A stretch of DNA of 64,000 bases. It comes from Cirrosporium novae-zelandiae. Its lineage: Eukaryota. Below the pieces are notes generated by a model that worked only from the letters and a program-made list of their open reading frames with translations, did no database searches and was not told the DNA's origin. The stretch is from the NCBI GenBank assembly GCA_026023565.1, contig JAPETS010000012.1, forward strand, positions 372,001-436,000, read 5' to 3'. Positions 63,333 to 64,000 of this stretch are shown here, piece by piece (positions within the stretch are counted from its first letter, which is position 1; each line of letters opens with the position of its first letter). The position numbers and the translations under genes were made by a program.

Positions 63333-63785
63333 AGGCTTGGATTTGTGGAGAGGGTAGTAGGATGGAAGGTTTGTGGATGGATGGATAGAGAGATACCACC
63401 AGCGACTGTCCTTGGCTGCATATAGCAGCATAGAGCACATAGAAACTTAGAATCAGATTTGATTGTCTATAAAAGCTAGGATCACGAATAACCCGCCAAC
63501 TAATGGTGGAAACATAAATGCCAAGCCTCGCCGAGCCATCGCACGTTGCTGTCTGATCGTGATCAATTGGACGGCCCAAGGACGTCGAGGCATCAAAGAA
63601 TCTAGCAGCACTATATAGCCTGAAAGGTCAAGAATCCACTGTTTAGTAACATGTATAAACGAATGGAAGAAGCCACCGGTAAGTCATAAAATCGGCTTCT
63701 GAAGGCCTCCCGATATGCACATTTATTTAAGGCGATTTCACCTTCACCAACCGTAATTGCGAATCGCAAAATGCCAATCCTCGCT

Positions 63786-64000
63786 TCAATATCCAGCTTT
63801 AATTTTACTTAAGTCCCTGATTTCTTGCACAGTTGGTCTAGACGTATCGACTGGTGCCTGATCGGGTAGACGCAGTAGCACAAAGCGCCAATATGCCCCC
63901 CCGAGCGTGTTGTGGCGAATGTCGTACGAAGAGACGCGATATAAGCCATCGTAACGCGAACCGGCAGAGGGTCCATATTTCGACGAACCGCTACTTGAGC
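63786..64000 (-). CDS. SRA/YDG domain protein, 3' end only (runs off the window; absent from the ORF track)
   Basis: SKYGPSAGSRYDGLYRV...YWRFVLLRLPDQAPVDTSRPT...GY*. Confidence 0.75.
   Translation of the reverse strand, partial: SSSGSSKYGPSAGSRYDGLYRVSSYDIRHNTLGGAYWRFVLLRLPDQAPVDTSRPTVQEIRDLSKIKAGY

Overview
Fungal (Pezizomycotina-type ascomycete) nuclear DNA with short GT-AG introns. Both ends of the window carry conserved genes. On the left are a ROG1-like lipase, a sphingoid/diacylglycerol kinase-family gene, VIP1 and UTP21. On the right are a GH18 ENGase, an asteroid/XPG-like nuclease, inositol monophosphatase and the 3' end of an SRA/YDG gene. Between them (about 15.6-52.5 kb) is a gene-sparse, simple-repeat-rich accessory tract. 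Its intact genes are an orphan metallo-beta-lactamase thioesterase, a small secreted 12-Cys two-repeat protein, a DUF3500 protein, a stand-alone HisD/HpsN-like dehydrogenase, an NTase-like protein and two hypotheticals. It also holds several pseudogenes (pectin lyase, AA9 LPMO, a large TM-ankyrin-ZZ gene) whose lesions are often CpA/TpG->TpA, and a mosaic of isolated FCP1 and Hsp70-like gene fragments. The best candidate for an undescribed system is the HpsN-like dehydrogenase plus DUF3500 pair, which may be a catabolic module with CGG-rich upstream elements. All family calls come from motif recognition by eye; no database search was run.
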